NCBI GenBank assembly: GCA_016721765.1
Contig: JADKHO010000002.1
Span: 151,616-215,615, forward strand
Origin: Bacteroidota bacterium
GTDB taxonomy: Bacteria; Bacteroidota; Bacteroidia; UBA4408
Direction of reading: 5' to 3'
Length of the DNA stretch: 64,000 bases
The first letter of the stretch is position 1; every line of letters begins with the position of its first letter. Of this stretch, positions 54,870 to 64,000 are shown one piece after another. The notes under the pieces were generated by a model. The model saw only the letters and a program-made list of their open reading frames with translations, was not told the DNA's origin and searched no databases. Both the position numbers and the translations under genes were made by a program.

Positions 54870-55718
54870 TTAATAAATCTCAAAATTTTTATTTTTTAGT
54901 TCTGTATTATACACATCTTCCTTCATTTGGTTAATGAGCTGAAGCTTACGTTTATTGAGGATTATGTTATGAATGTTTTGCTTTTCAAAACTCAATGGCG
55001 AAGTACTGTCTTTTATCTTAAATCCTTTAATATTTACAAAATATAAACTCGATGTATCGTTCACTTCTACCCATCGGTTATTTTGCAAAAACTGTTCTTT
55101 ATCGTATGCTTCAATGGGAATTTCCTTTAATAAATCATCAAACAAAAACCAAGAAGTGTCGTCAAGATAGAAATTCTCAGCAAACTGGTAGCAATAATCT
55201 TCTAACAGCTTCTTATCCTGTGGTTTCTCGCTTTTGCACCATTCGCGTACTTTATTCAATTTGGGCGCATTCTTTTTTACTTTAACATACAATACCTTTA
55301 TAATATTGTTTTTTAATTGAAAATTTTGCGGATTTTTACTGTAATAGGCTTCGATTTCTGATTCACTCACTCCGGTATCTAACTTTTGACGAATCAACTC
55401 CTTTTCATAAGCAAAGGTTATTAATGAAGTACGATAATCTTGCAATTGCTTTTCAATAGAGGCATTTAGCACTTCAGCATTCAGATTTTGCTCTGCCTTT
55501 TGAAGTAATAAATTTTGACGTACCCAATTGTCAATGTAATTTTTAACCATGGCAATGCTATCCTTACCTTTCACATTTTGAGGCACAATTTTTTCGATAT
55601 CGGAAGCATCTAAAAATTTATCAAACACGCGTGCGATGGCCTTTTCCTTTTGTTTAGGTTTAAAGTAATTGCACGAGAATGCACTAAATAAAAATCCAAG
55701 TAATAGTATTTTTTTCAA
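54870..55718 (-). CDS. lipoprotein, SurA-N/chaperone-like (weak call)
   Basis: 282-aa ORF with a TTG start and no nearby ATG. Signal peptide ending FSAFSC. Lies directly upstream of the PPIase gene. Confidence 0.5.
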   Translation of the reverse strand: MKKILLLGFLFSAFSCNYFKPKQKEKAIARVFDKFLDASDIEKIVPQNVKGKDSIAMVKNYIDNWVRQNLLLQKAEQNLNAEVLNASIEKQLQDYRTSLITFAYEKELIRQKLDTGVSESEIEAYYSKNPQNFQLKNNIIKVLYVKVKKNAPKLNKVREWCKSEKPQDKKLLEDYCYQFAENFYLDDTSWFLFDDLLKEIPIEAYDKEQFLQNNRWVEVNDTSSLYFVNIKGFKIKDSTSPLSFEKQNIHNIILNKRKLQLINQMKEDVYNTELKNKNFEIY

Positions 55719-55749
55719 AGGGTATTCAATGCCATTTTGATAAGGTTGA

Positions 55750-55757
55750 CAAAATTA
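55750..55757 (-). promoter_or_regulatory. canonical -7 box TAatTTTG for the SurA-like/MoxR operon
   Basis: The reverse complement reads TAATTTTG, 32 nt upstream of the start at 55718. Confidence 0.4.
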
Positions 55758-56094
55758 ATCAAACAAGTGGATTAGCAAAGCGGCGAATGGCTCTTAAAAG
55801 CCAAAAAAATGTAAAAACAAAATCGTTCAATTTCCCAAATAAATATCTATTATTTGAAAACGCATAGTAATGATTACATCATGGTATTAGCGCACACATT
55901 AAACATTTGATAGGGTGTTTTCTTAGGTGTAGAAATTTAATTTGAATTAAAAAATTACAATAAAATTGCTTAATTAAACTGCAAAATCCGATACCCCAAA
56001 TAAACGGATTGCAGTTCACCTACTCCAATTTACCATTCACCTACTTTTCGTCAAAGCTTGCCTATTGACTGTTGTGAAGCCCTGCATCTTGAAA

Positions 56095-56102
56095 TAGTTT
56101 TG
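56095..56102 (+). promoter_or_regulatory. canonical -7 box TAgtTTTG
   Basis: TAGTTTTG lies 31 nt upstream of ATG 56133. Confidence 0.4.
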
Positions 56103-56132
56103 TCGCATCAAAAAAAATAAAAACAATAAAAA

Positions 56133-56957
56133 ATGGAACGAGTAGATACAGAAAACACAAATCCAACTAATCAAAATACGAATCAGGAGGATAACATGAG
56201 AAATTGGGAAAAAAGTCACCGGAGAGGTAAAGTGCTAGCGGGATTAATAATTATGGGAATTGGAAGTCTTTTTTTAGCACGCGAAATGGGCGCTTATATT
56301 CCACATTGGATTTTTAGCTGGAAAGTGTTGCTTATAGTAATTGGTATTTATGTTGGAATTAAACATTCTTTTAGAAATGCAGGTTGGTTAATCCCCATCT
56401 TTATTGGTACTGCATTTTTATTAAGAGATAATTTTCCGGAGTTAGGCATATCTCATTATATATGGCCAATAGCTTTAATCTTTATTGGTTTGATGGTTAT
56501 ATTTAAACCTCGCCGAAAAAGCTGTGGAAATCACCGCTACCGCCGTTGGGAACGTCATCAAAACTGGCAACAAAAAAACGAGCAATGGGCACAGTGGCAA
56601 GAAAAAAAAAACTCCGACAACTATCTTGAATTAAACGCCGTTTTTGCCGGCATGGAAAAAAATATCATTACCAAAGATTTTAAGGGGGGCGAAATAAACG
56701 TGGTCTTCGGTGGTGCCGAAGTAAACCTGAGCCAAGCTGATATTAATGGTAGAGTGGAATTGGAAATAAACAACGTATTTGCAGGCACAAAATTAATTGT
56801 TCCTGCGCATTGGGAAATAAAATCTGAAATAACAGCAGTTTTAGGAAGTGTAGAGGATAAACGAATGATTCAAAAGGACATGAGCTATTCTGAATCAAAA
56901 GTACTAGTGTTAAGAGGCAGTGTTGTGTTTGGCGGGATTGATATTCAGAGTTTTTAA
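56133..56957 (+). CDS. LiaF-like cell-envelope stress protein (TM domain plus DUF2154-type C-terminal domain)
   Basis: 274-aa ORF with four TM helices. The C-terminal beta-repeat region is AVFAGMEK..INVVFGGAEVNLSQADI..LEINNVFAGTKLIVP. Confidence 0.65.
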   Translation: MERVDTENTNPTNQNTNQEDNMRNWEKSHRRGKVLAGLIIMGIGSLFLAREMGAYIPHWIFSWKVLLIVIGIYVGIKHSFRNAGWLIPIFIGTAFLLRDNFPELGISHYIWPIALIFIGLMVIFKPRRKSCGNHRYRRWERHQNWQQKNEQWAQWQEKKNSDNYLELNAVFAGMEKNIITKDFKGGEINVVFGGAEVNLSQADINGRVELEINNVFAGTKLIVPAHWEIKSEITAVLGSVEDKRMIQKDMSYSESKVLVLRGSVVFGGIDIQSF

Positions 56958-57067
56958 AACAAATAAACTAAAGTAAAACCGTTTGCATTGAAACCTAGCT
57001 GTTCGTAAACTGCACAAAAATGAATGTACTTAAAGCTTGTAACCAACACCCCTTAATAGCAAAAAAC

Positions 57068-57415
57068 ATGAATTGGTATGTAACAAAATTGGTTTTTAAT
57101 ATTGATATTGAAAACGGCAAAAACAACGCTCAGTTTGATGAGCAACTTCGAATGATTAAAGCAGAGTCATCGGAAGAAGCGTTTTTTAAAGCGCGTGCAT
57201 TAGGGAAACGCGATGAAGCCATGTTTGTGAACAATAATAAAAAGCTGGTGAATTGGAAATTTATTGATGTTAGCGAGATTCAGCTGGTAAATGAGTTGAG
57301 CGATGGCACCGAAATTTATACTTCAACCCACGAAACCGAAGAAGTGAATGCTTATATTAACTTTGTGAGACATAAAGCAATGGTAATTCAAACGGAAAGC
57401 CAATTGTTTGTTTAA
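57068..57415 (+). CDS. DUF4288 protein
   Basis: Start moved to ATG 57068 (MNWYVTKLVFNI..), the typical DUF4288 start. The track ORF begins 16 codons earlier. Confidence 0.55.
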   Translation: MNWYVTKLVFNIDIENGKNNAQFDEQLRMIKAESSEEAFFKARALGKRDEAMFVNNNKKLVNWKFIDVSEIQLVNELSDGTEIYTSTHETEEVNAYINFVRHKAMVIQTESQLFV

Positions 57416-57441
57416 TTCATGTACTTTTTACATTAAGAAAT

Positions 57442-58482
57442 TTGTTCGCGTATACCCTTACTAAAAAACAAGCAGTCAGCAGCTATATTGGTTGGTGGCT
57501 GTTTTGGATTTTAGTACAAACAATCGTTTTGCACCGCCTACATTGGTCATGGGAAATTGCATTAACCGATGCAGTTGTTTCTAACCTTCTTCTAGCCTTA
57601 GCGGGATATATCACGGAAAACACGTATCGATTTTACCGCCCGGGTGTTGATAATCGCTTGCAGCGATTGGGTTATAGCATTGCGCTTACATTTGCTTACA
57701 TGTTTTGCTTGCAATGGCTCTTAGCTCATATTTATCCTGAAAACAAAAGCTATCTTGATTTTTTAGAATCCTCTCTTCCCATTCGTTATACTTTTTCATT
57801 GCTGATGATTGCACTTATGACAGTAACCAGTTGGTTATGGTTTTTTATGAAAGAGCAAGACGAAAACAAGAAGCGCAAAGAAGAAGCTGAAAAACTAGTG
57901 CGTGATGCTGAACTTACTGCACTAAGGCAACAATTACAGCCGCATTTTTTATTTAACAGCCTCAATTCTATTAGTGCCTTAGCGGGATCAAAACCCAATG
58001 AAGCAAGAAAAATGGTACAACAACTTTCCGATTTCTTAAGAGGTACACTGCGCAAGGACGAACAACAATTGGTGAAACTCACAGATGAATTGCAGCATCT
58101 AAAATTATATCTCGAAATCGAAAAGGTGCGATTTGGTCATCGTTTGAATACTGTTGTGGAATGTGAGGAACAGTCCTTAAATTATGCATTGCCTTCTCTC
58201 CTGCTTCAGCCGTTAGTTGAAAATGCCATCAAGTTTGGGCTTTATGACACGTTGGAAGATATCACCATTAGAATTGAAGCGAGTATTGAAAATAAAAACC
58301 TGTTAATTAAAATAATAAACCCATTTGATGCCGGTACATCCAAACCCAAAAAGGGTGTTGGGTTTGGACTTAGCTCGGTTCAACGGAGGCTTTATTTAAT
58401 TTATGGCCGCCAGGATTTATTGCGCACAGAGCAGTCTGGCAATACCTTTATAAGTACACTAACCATTCCTCAAATTTTATGA
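57442..58482 (+). CDS. LytS/YehU-type sensor histidine kinase
   Basis: 346-aa ORF with a TTG start. Four TM helices. His_kinase motif LRQQLQPHFLFNSLNSI and a HATPase region. Confidence 0.8.
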   Translation: MFAYTLTKKQAVSSYIGWWLFWILVQTIVLHRLHWSWEIALTDAVVSNLLLALAGYITENTYRFYRPGVDNRLQRLGYSIALTFAYMFCLQWLLAHIYPENKSYLDFLESSLPIRYTFSLLMIALMTVTSWLWFFMKEQDENKKRKEEAEKLVRDAELTALRQQLQPHFLFNSLNSISALAGSKPNEARKMVQQLSDFLRGTLRKDEQQLVKLTDELQHLKLYLEIEKVRFGHRLNTVVECEEQSLNYALPSLLLQPLVENAIKFGLYDTLEDITIRIEASIENKNLLIKIINPFDAGTSKPKKGVGFGLSSVQRRLYLIYGRQDLLRTEQSGNTFISTLTIPQIL

Positions 58483-59222
58483 TAAAAGCAGTTCTCATTG
58501 ACGATGAACCGTTGGCACGCAGTATTGTAAAGGAATACTTGCAAACCTACGCTGAAATAAGCATTGTGGAAGAGTGTAACAATGGCTTCGAAGGCGTAAA
58601 AGCCATTCAGCAACATCATCCCGATTTAATTTTTTTGGATATTCAAATGCCTAAAATAAACGGATTTGAAATGCTAGAATTGGTGGAGCAGGCTCCTGCA
58701 GTGATTTTCACTACTGCCTTTGATGAATATGCCATGAAAGCATTTGAAACCCATGCCGTTGATTATTTGCTAAAACCCTTTAGCAAAGAGCGTTTCGATA
58801 AAGCAATGCAAAAGTGGTTGACAAATTCATCCGGCGCTAAAAGCGAGAATGCAGTAAAAAGTATTAATGAAACAACTGGAAAACATGCAGAAGAACAAAA
58901 TCGGATTGTTGTAAAAAATGGAACTAATATTAAAATTATTCCGGTACAAGATGTAGTATATATTGAGGCTTACGACGATTACGTAAAAATATTTACCAAG
59001 GAAGGGCATCATTTAAAAAAGAAAACCATGAGCCATTTTGAAACGGTGTTGGATGCTACTGACTTTTTGCGTGTACACCGCTCCTACATTGTTCAATTGG
59101 CGCAAATAACAAGGATTGAACCCTTCGAAAAAAACAATCATTTGGCCTTGCTTAAAAGTGGAGCAAAAATTCCACTAAGCCGCAGTGGGTACGGAAAATT
59201 GAAAGCAGTTTTAGGATTGTAA
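58479..59222 (+). CDS. LytR/AlgR-family response regulator (REC plus LytTR)
   Basis: 247-aa ORF overlapping the kinase stop by 4 nt. VLIDDE...DLIFLDIQMP REC motifs and a LytTR C-terminus (FLRVHRSYIV). Confidence 0.85.
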   Translation: MIKAVLIDDEPLARSIVKEYLQTYAEISIVEECNNGFEGVKAIQQHHPDLIFLDIQMPKINGFEMLELVEQAPAVIFTTAFDEYAMKAFETHAVDYLLKPFSKERFDKAMQKWLTNSSGAKSENAVKSINETTGKHAEEQNRIVVKNGTNIKIIPVQDVVYIEAYDDYVKIFTKEGHHLKKKTMSHFETVLDATDFLRVHRSYIVQLAQITRIEPFEKNNHLALLKSGAKIPLSRSGYGKLKAVLGL

Positions 59223-59335
59223 AGCAATGAACTGATACAAATTAACACTTCATTGAAAACAATTTTATTCATCCGAAATAAGCTTGCATTCACCTAATTA
59301 TATCAAAATAAAGGATAAGCAATGTTAAAAAAAAA

Positions 59336-59343
59336 TATCTTTG
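59336..59343 (+). promoter_or_regulatory. canonical -7 box TAtcTTTG
   Basis: TATCTTTG lies 22 nt upstream of ATG 59365. Confidence 0.4.
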
Positions 59344-59364
59344 AAGGATACTAAAAAAACACTC

Positions 59365-59844
59365 ATGAAAAAATCCATAGTAGCTACCACACTTGCACTA
59401 GTTGCCCTTATTTCATTTTATTCTTGTGAAAAGGAAAAACAAGAAGTAACAATCATAGAGCAAAGCCTTGAAAAAACTATTAAAGTAAATGAAAGTGCTA
59501 CTTTTACATTACCGGTAAATGAATCGGATGATGCCTATAAAATTACTACAGATGCGGCACATGCTTATGTGAGCAAATTGAGTGATGACCTTTCAGGCAA
59601 TGCAGTTTACACCTACACTCCTGAAAAGGATTATGTAGGTAATGATTTAATTGTAGTGTCTACCGTAGAAGAAAAACAGCACGGAAATAAAGGAAACAAA
59701 GGGCATCACAAAGGAGGTTCAAAAGGGGGACATTGTCATGGCGACGATAAAGGCGAACAACAAATGAAGGTTACCATTCGGATAAATATCCTTAAAGAGG
59801 AAGTTACTACTCCGGCTGCATCTAGTGCTATAAACGCAAACTAA
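59365..59844 (+). CDS. lipoprotein with His/Gly/Lys-rich segment
   Basis: Start moved from TTG 59341 to ATG 59365. Lipobox ISFYSC. Contains HGNKGNKGHHKGGSKGGHCHGDDKG. Confidence 0.55.
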   Translation: MKKSIVATTLALVALISFYSCEKEKQEVTIIEQSLEKTIKVNESATFTLPVNESDDAYKITTDAAHAYVSKLSDDLSGNAVYTYTPEKDYVGNDLIVVSTVEEKQHGNKGNKGHHKGGSKGGHCHGDDKGEQQMKVTIRINILKEEVTTPAASSAINAN

Positions 59845-60434
59845 TCGCTAAAAGAATAGTTAAGTTGCTTTAGCAGTAGAATGAGTTGAGGCAATAACAT
59901 TTTTTTTTCATTGTTGTAGAGTACGAAATCCGAACGTTTCATTTTTTCTTTCTCCGGGAGTTGTTTTTTAATTCGACTCATAATTTCTGAACGGCTTGTA
60001 TTTGTGCGTTGCATAGCTCGTTTAATTCGCAGTTCCTGTGGGGCATAAACACTAACTATTTTATCCATCCCTTTATAACTGCCGCTTTCAAAAAGTATTG
60101 CAGCTTCTTTTGCAACAATGGGATTGTGCTTTTTTGATTTTAACCAATTGGCGTAATGAACGGCCAAGGCAGGATGAATAATCGAATTTAAGACTTCCAA
60201 TCTTTCTTGATTTAAAAATACCTGAGCCGCCAGTTTTTTTCTGTCAATCGCACCGGATTCATCTAATATTCCATTTCCAAAAACTTGAATTACTTTTTTT
60301 TGAATGGGCTGTGTATTTAGCAATTTCTTTGCTTCTTCATCAGCGTTGTAAACAGGTATTCCAAAGTGTTCTAGCACATTGCACACAGTTGTTTTGCCAC
60401 TGCCAATACCACCTGTTACCCCTAATTGAATCAT
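59841..60434 (-). CDS. coaE: dephospho-CoA kinase
   Basis: 197-aa ORF with P-loop GVTGGIGSGKTTV. The stop codons of the two convergent genes overlap. Confidence 0.85.
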   Translation of the reverse strand: MIQLGVTGGIGSGKTTVCNVLEHFGIPVYNADEEAKKLLNTQPIQKKVIQVFGNGILDESGAIDRKKLAAQVFLNQERLEVLNSIIHPALAVHYANWLKSKKHNPIVAKEAAILFESGSYKGMDKIVSVYAPQELRIKRAMQRTNTSRSEIMSRIKKQLPEKEKMKRSDFVLYNNEKKMLLPQLILLLKQLNYSFSD

Positions 60435-61417
60435 CTTTTACGAAGAATATATTCTACTTTATCCGTTTCGATTTTTGTATTGCGAACTACCTCCGGAAAT
60501 TTAACGAGTTTTAATTTTAAAGAGGTTGCATTCTCATCATAATAGGCTAACAACGAAAACTGGTCGGCGGTTACTTTTTCATAATTACTTAAACCTACCA
60601 AGTAAGTAATTTTAACCTTTTCGGGAAATGTTTTAATCGTGAATTGTTCGGGTAGGTTAAGCACTTCCACCGGCAATTCGATAGTTCCTTCAGTAAATTT
60701 TTCGACAGGTATTTTCACAACCACTTTCTTGGTCGAGAATTCCACACTGTTTAGTTCGTCCGGAATTATAATTTCAGCAGCTCTAGCAACCGATTTGTTG
60801 AGGTTATAGAAATTTAATTGTTGGGTATTAAGTTCAACAATATCAGCCATCACCGAAGCAGGACCACTCACAACAATTTTAGAAGGTTTAATATCCACTT
60901 TAGCTCCCAATTGAAATTGTTTTTCAAAAGTGTAGTTCAAATTTAAATGCACAGGAACAACTTTCACAACCTTTTTATCAAAATAAAAGTGCAAGGTATC
61001 CAAATAAATTTTCGAAATTTTAATTTGATTCCCCAATTGGCTTTCGAATTGTTGTGCCTGCGCGTACACAGGAAGGTAATAATCCTTAGCATTTTGATTT
61101 TTACGAATATTAGATACATCCAAGGTAAGCGTATCGTTTAAACGATTAAAATAAAATCCTAAAAAAGTAAAACCGCGTGCAGCTAACTGTACATCCACCT
61201 TTAGTGGCAACTTATTGGCCAACATTTTATCTTTCGGAAAATTCGTGTAACGCAAATTAAAAGTAACAGGGGCCTTATATTCGTTAGAAAACACAATGAG
61301 TAGCCAAAATACAAACGCAACTATTAGGCAATATGAAAAAGTTACCCAACGATTACTTGTACCGTTTGGATTTCCTGATTTAAGCCAATTTGTAAGCGCA
61401 ATAATTCTATTTTTCAT
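60431..61417 (-). CDS. YbbR-like domain protein
   Basis: 328-aa ORF. One N-terminal TM helix followed by repeated YbbR-type beta modules. Overlaps coaE by 4 nt. Confidence 0.6.
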   Translation of the reverse strand: MKNRIIALTNWLKSGNPNGTSNRWVTFSYCLIVAFVFWLLIVFSNEYKAPVTFNLRYTNFPKDKMLANKLPLKVDVQLAARGFTFLGFYFNRLNDTLTLDVSNIRKNQNAKDYYLPVYAQAQQFESQLGNQIKISKIYLDTLHFYFDKKVVKVVPVHLNLNYTFEKQFQLGAKVDIKPSKIVVSGPASVMADIVELNTQQLNFYNLNKSVARAAEIIIPDELNSVEFSTKKVVVKIPVEKFTEGTIELPVEVLNLPEQFTIKTFPEKVKITYLVGLSNYEKVTADQFSLLAYYDENATSLKLKLVKFPEVVRNTKIETDKVEYILRKR

Positions 61418-61468
61418 TTATGCACAATTTCAATAAAGCAGCGGTTATGCTTGTTGGGGCGAAATTTA

Positions 61469-61514
61469 AAAAGGTATAAAAGTCACACAACTTTGTAGCG
61501 CTTTTATACCTTTT
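61469..61514 (-). terminator. terminator hairpin downstream of yajC
   Basis: 14-bp stem AAAAGGTATAAAAG/CTTTTATACCTTTT with U-rich flanks. Confidence 0.55.
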
Positions 61515-61549
61515 ATTTATTTCGCAATCATTATATGCGAAGAAAGAAC

Positions 61550-61876
61550 TTATTGATTGTTTTGCGCTCCTAAAAGCGTTGAGCTGTCCATTGATACAGC
61601 ACTTCGTTCAATTCTTAATTTCACTCCACCTTCTACTTCAATAATAAATGTTTTTTCAGCCACATCTACTATCTTACCGTGAATACCACCAATGGTAACA
61701 ATTTTATCGCCCTTTTTAATCGCTTCACGAAACTTTTGTTGCTCTTTTGCTTTTTTCATTTGTGGACGAATCATGAAAAAATAAAAAACTACTACAATTA
61801 AAATAATCGGTAAAAAACTCATAATTGGATTTCCGCCACCTTGGGGCTGAGACATTAGGATAATTTGATTTAGCAT
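61550..61876 (-). CDS. yajC: preprotein translocase subunit YajC
   Basis: 108-aa ORF. TM helix followed by [29 protein letters not shown]. Confidence 0.85.
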   Translation of the reverse strand: MLNQIILMSQPQGGGNPIMSFLPIILIVVVFYFFMIRPQMKKAKEQQKFREAIKKGDKIVTIGGIHGKIVDVAEKTFIIEVEGGVKLRIERSAVSMDSSTLLGAQNNQ

Positions 61877-61973
61877 TTGTTTTTGTATTTGATTTTAAAT
61901 TTAGTTTTAAGATTGAGTTGGGTTGTGAATCAGGTAAACAAAACAACAACTGTTTATCCTGTTGAGATGAATA

Positions 61974-62456
61974 CTATTTACCTTGTGCACTCACTTCCCC
62001 GGTAATCGTGAGAATTTTTGTATTGGGTATTGCATTCGTAATTAAAGTAACCGTTTTATTTTGCATGCCTGATTTACCACGACTGTCGAAAGTTACATCA
62101 ATTACTCCACTTCCTCCAGGTGCTATTGGGTTCTTAGGCCATTGTGGAACCGTGCAACCACAGCTTCCTTTAGCATCCGAAATAATTAAATCGGATTTAC
62201 CTGTATTTTTGAATTTAAAAGAATAGGATACTTTTTCACCTTCAGTTATTTTTCCAAACTCATGTGTTTCTGCTTCCAGCGACATTACCGGAATGTTTTC
62301 TTCTTCTTCATTTCCATTTGCCGAAGCGGGATTGTTCACTAAGTCGGTAGAAACTTGCCCATTATCACTGCTTTTACTTTTGCAGGAAGAGAAAGAATAC
62401 ATCGCCATAAAAACTACCGCAAGTGCAATTAGTTTGCTTTTTGAAAGTGTGTTCAT
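61974..62456 (-). CDS. DUF1573 lipoprotein
   Basis: HEFGKI.EGEKVSYSFKFKNTGKSDLII...GSCGCT is the DUF1573 core. The start is ambiguous (ATG at 62456, 62477 or 62519). 62456 gives the lipoprotein signal MNTLSKSKLIALAVVFMAMYSFSSC. Confidence 0.7.
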   Translation of the reverse strand: MNTLSKSKLIALAVVFMAMYSFSSCKSKSSDNGQVSTDLVNNPASANGNEEEENIPVMSLEAETHEFGKITEGEKVSYSFKFKNTGKSDLIISDAKGSCGCTVPQWPKNPIAPGGSGVIDVTFDSRGKSGMQNKTVTLITNAIPNTKILTITGEVSAQGK

Positions 62457-62599
62457 AGTATTAATCAATATTTTCATTTTTTTAAGGCAGGCAAAAGTAC
62501 CCATAAATTTGATTTGCATGATTTCAAAATAAGATTTTGCACTTTTTTTACATTAAGTGCAAATTCATAGAATTTAAGATGCAATTAAAGTCTAGAATC

Positions 62600-63841
62600 C
62601 TATATGGCTGCAATTTTTTCGCTCATGTACTGCCCGGATGTTAGCTTATGGTAAATTTTACCAAAAGATTCAATCGTGTAGCTTACATCTTCAAGCGTAT
62701 GCACAGCTGTGGGTATAAGTCGCAAAATGATTACCCCTTTTGGAACAACCGGGTAAACTACCATAGAACAAAAAATATCATAATTCTCACGTAAATCCAA
62801 AATCAAATTGGTTGATTCGGGTATGGAACCATTCATGTATACAGGGGTTACCGGCGAGTTGGTTGTTCCGATATTAAATCCGGCTGCTTTTAATCCACTT
62901 TGAAGAGCATTCGTGATTTCCCATAATTTGTTTTTCAATTCGGGCTTGGTACGCATCAACTCAATACGCTTTAAGGCACCCACTACTAGGGGCATCGGTA
63001 AAGCTTTAGCAAAGATCTGAGAACGCATGTTGTAGCGCAAATATTCCACCACTTGCTCATCGCTTGAAATAAATCCACCAATCAATGCAAATGACTTAGC
63101 GAAGGTTCCAAAATAAATATCAATACCATCCTGACAACCTTGTTCCTGCCCTGTTCCACCGCCGGTTGCACCCATTGTACCAATGCCATGTGCATCATCT
63201 ACAAATAAGCGAAATTTGTATTTTTTCTTTAGGGCAACAATTTCTTTTAGTTTACCTTGATTTCCGCTCATTCCGAAAACACCTTCTGTAATAACTAAAA
63301 TTGCACCCCCGGTATTTTCAACCAATTTAGTTGCCCGTTGTAATTGCTTTTCGCAACTTTCAATATCGTTATGCGCATATACATAGCGCTTGCCCATGTG
63401 CAGGCGAACGCCATCTAAAATACAAGCATGACTTTCAGCATCGTAAACAATCACATCGTGACGATCTACTAAGCAATCGATTGCAGATACCATGGCTTGA
63501 TAGCCGAAATTACATAAAATTGTATCTTCTTTTTGCACGAAGGCCGACAACTCTGCTTCCAATTGCTCGTGCTGATTTGAATTTCCGCTCATCATCCGCG
63601 CGCCCATTGGCAATGCAAATCCGTATTGAGCAGCCGCATCCGCATCCGCCTTGCGTACCTCCGGATGATTCGCCAATCCGAGGTAGTTATTTAAACTCCA
63701 GTTTAGTCTCTTTTTACCTCTAAAAATCATGTGTGGTCCAATTTCTCCTTCCAGTTTTGGAAAGGTAAAATAACCATGAGACTCTTTAGCATGCTGCCCG
63801 ATAGGACCGCGATTTGCTCTTATCTTTTCAAATAAATCCAC
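62600..63841 (-). CDS. alpha-oxoamine synthase family PLP enzyme (Kbl/BioF/serine-palmitoyltransferase-like)
   Basis: 413-aa ORF with a GTG start. WSLNNYLGL, DDAHG, and the PLP-lysine motif GTFAKSF. Confidence 0.8.
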   Translation of the reverse strand: MDLFEKIRANRGPIGQHAKESHGYFTFPKLEGEIGPHMIFRGKKRLNWSLNNYLGLANHPEVRKADADAAAQYGFALPMGARMMSGNSNQHEQLEAELSAFVQKEDTILCNFGYQAMVSAIDCLVDRHDVIVYDAESHACILDGVRLHMGKRYVYAHNDIESCEKQLQRATKLVENTGGAILVITEGVFGMSGNQGKLKEIVALKKKYKFRLFVDDAHGIGTMGATGGGTGQEQGCQDGIDIYFGTFAKSFALIGGFISSDEQVVEYLRYNMRSQIFAKALPMPLVVGALKRIELMRTKPELKNKLWEITNALQSGLKAAGFNIGTTNSPVTPVYMNGSIPESTNLILDLRENYDIFCSMVVYPVVPKGVIILRLIPTAVHTLEDVSYTIESFGKIYHKLTSGQYMSEKIAAI

Positions 63842-63925
63842 CTTGTGTTTGTTTAAGTTAATATTAATTGCTTCTGCGAAATTAAAGCATTTTTTTGATT
63901 GAAAAATTCAGTTCCTAAAAAGATA

Positions 63926-64000
63926 TTAAACAAGTTCACTTAATTCGAGCCAACGCAAGGATTTTTCGTCTATGAGCTGAATCACAATACCATAGCGCTC
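63926..64000 (-). CDS. 3' end of an unidentified gene (partial, runs off the window)
   Basis: The open minus-strand frame reads ..ERYGIVIQLIDEKSLRWLELSELV, with a stop at 63926-63928. Confidence 0.3.
   Translation of the reverse strand, partial: ERYGIVIQLIDEKSLRWLELSELV

Noticed and set aside
56601-56610. A10 homopolymer inside the LiaF-like gene as a phase-variation switch
   Set aside because: This is a single moderate-length A-run in an AT-rich genome. There is no evidence of length variation from one sequence, and it encodes a plausible QEKKNS segment.
1-64000. tRNA, rRNA, tmRNA, RNase P RNA, integrase, prophage or conjugative element
   Set aside because: Reading all intergenic regions longer than 100 bp, I found no T-loop (GGTTCGAATCC-like) context outside coding sequence, no rRNA-like GC blocks, and no recombinase other than the RAYT gene. 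Absence is by eye only; tRNAscan-SE or Infernal should confirm it.

Overview
AT-rich Bacteroidota-type chromosomal window. Supporting signs are T9SS cargo proteins with type-A C-terminal sorting domains, PorQ, TAnnTTTG -7 promoter boxes and a LytS/LytTR pair. I call about 60 protein genes. Most are housekeeping (pfkA, ndk, idi, ispH, cmk, coaE, yajC, lon, nth, ppk1/ppx, a DEAD-box helicase, tRNA m6A methyltransferase, MoxR, SurA-type PPIase), mixed with many small secreted or lipoprotein genes of unknown function. I found no tRNA, rRNA, CRISPR array, integrase or prophage. Five signals are not explained by ordinary gene content. (1) A 2-kb non-coding block at 12.5-14.6 kb holds seven head-to-tail copies of a ~182-nt element. 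Their spacing alternates strictly 300/291 bp, and compensatory and G-U-only base changes argue for a plus-strand structured RNA family that I cannot assign to a known class. (2) Six promoters between 1.9 and 8.1 kb share a fixed-spacing tripartite signature (A..TG.GAAT - N23 - TRTAA - N26 - TTTG) that canonical promoters in the window lack. This suggests a dedicated envelope or stress regulon. (3) A REP-associated tyrosine transposase (RAYT) sits in a direct 124-bp-period REP array at 48.4-49.8 kb, and an inverted 57-58-bp half-unit array of the same family lies at 36.8-37.1 kb, next to a putative single-gene abortive-infection protein. (4) A 34-nt GC-rich palindromic element occurs four times, once apparently inserted into one copy of a local tandem repeat. 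(5) Smaller items: a SET-domain gene bracketed by 15-bp direct repeats, a SiaB/SiaC-like partner-switch pair with no adjacent phosphatase, a T9SS cargo gene with a disrupted C-terminus, and a sigma-54-type -24/-12 element upstream of lon. All family names come from reading motifs against memory. No database search was run.
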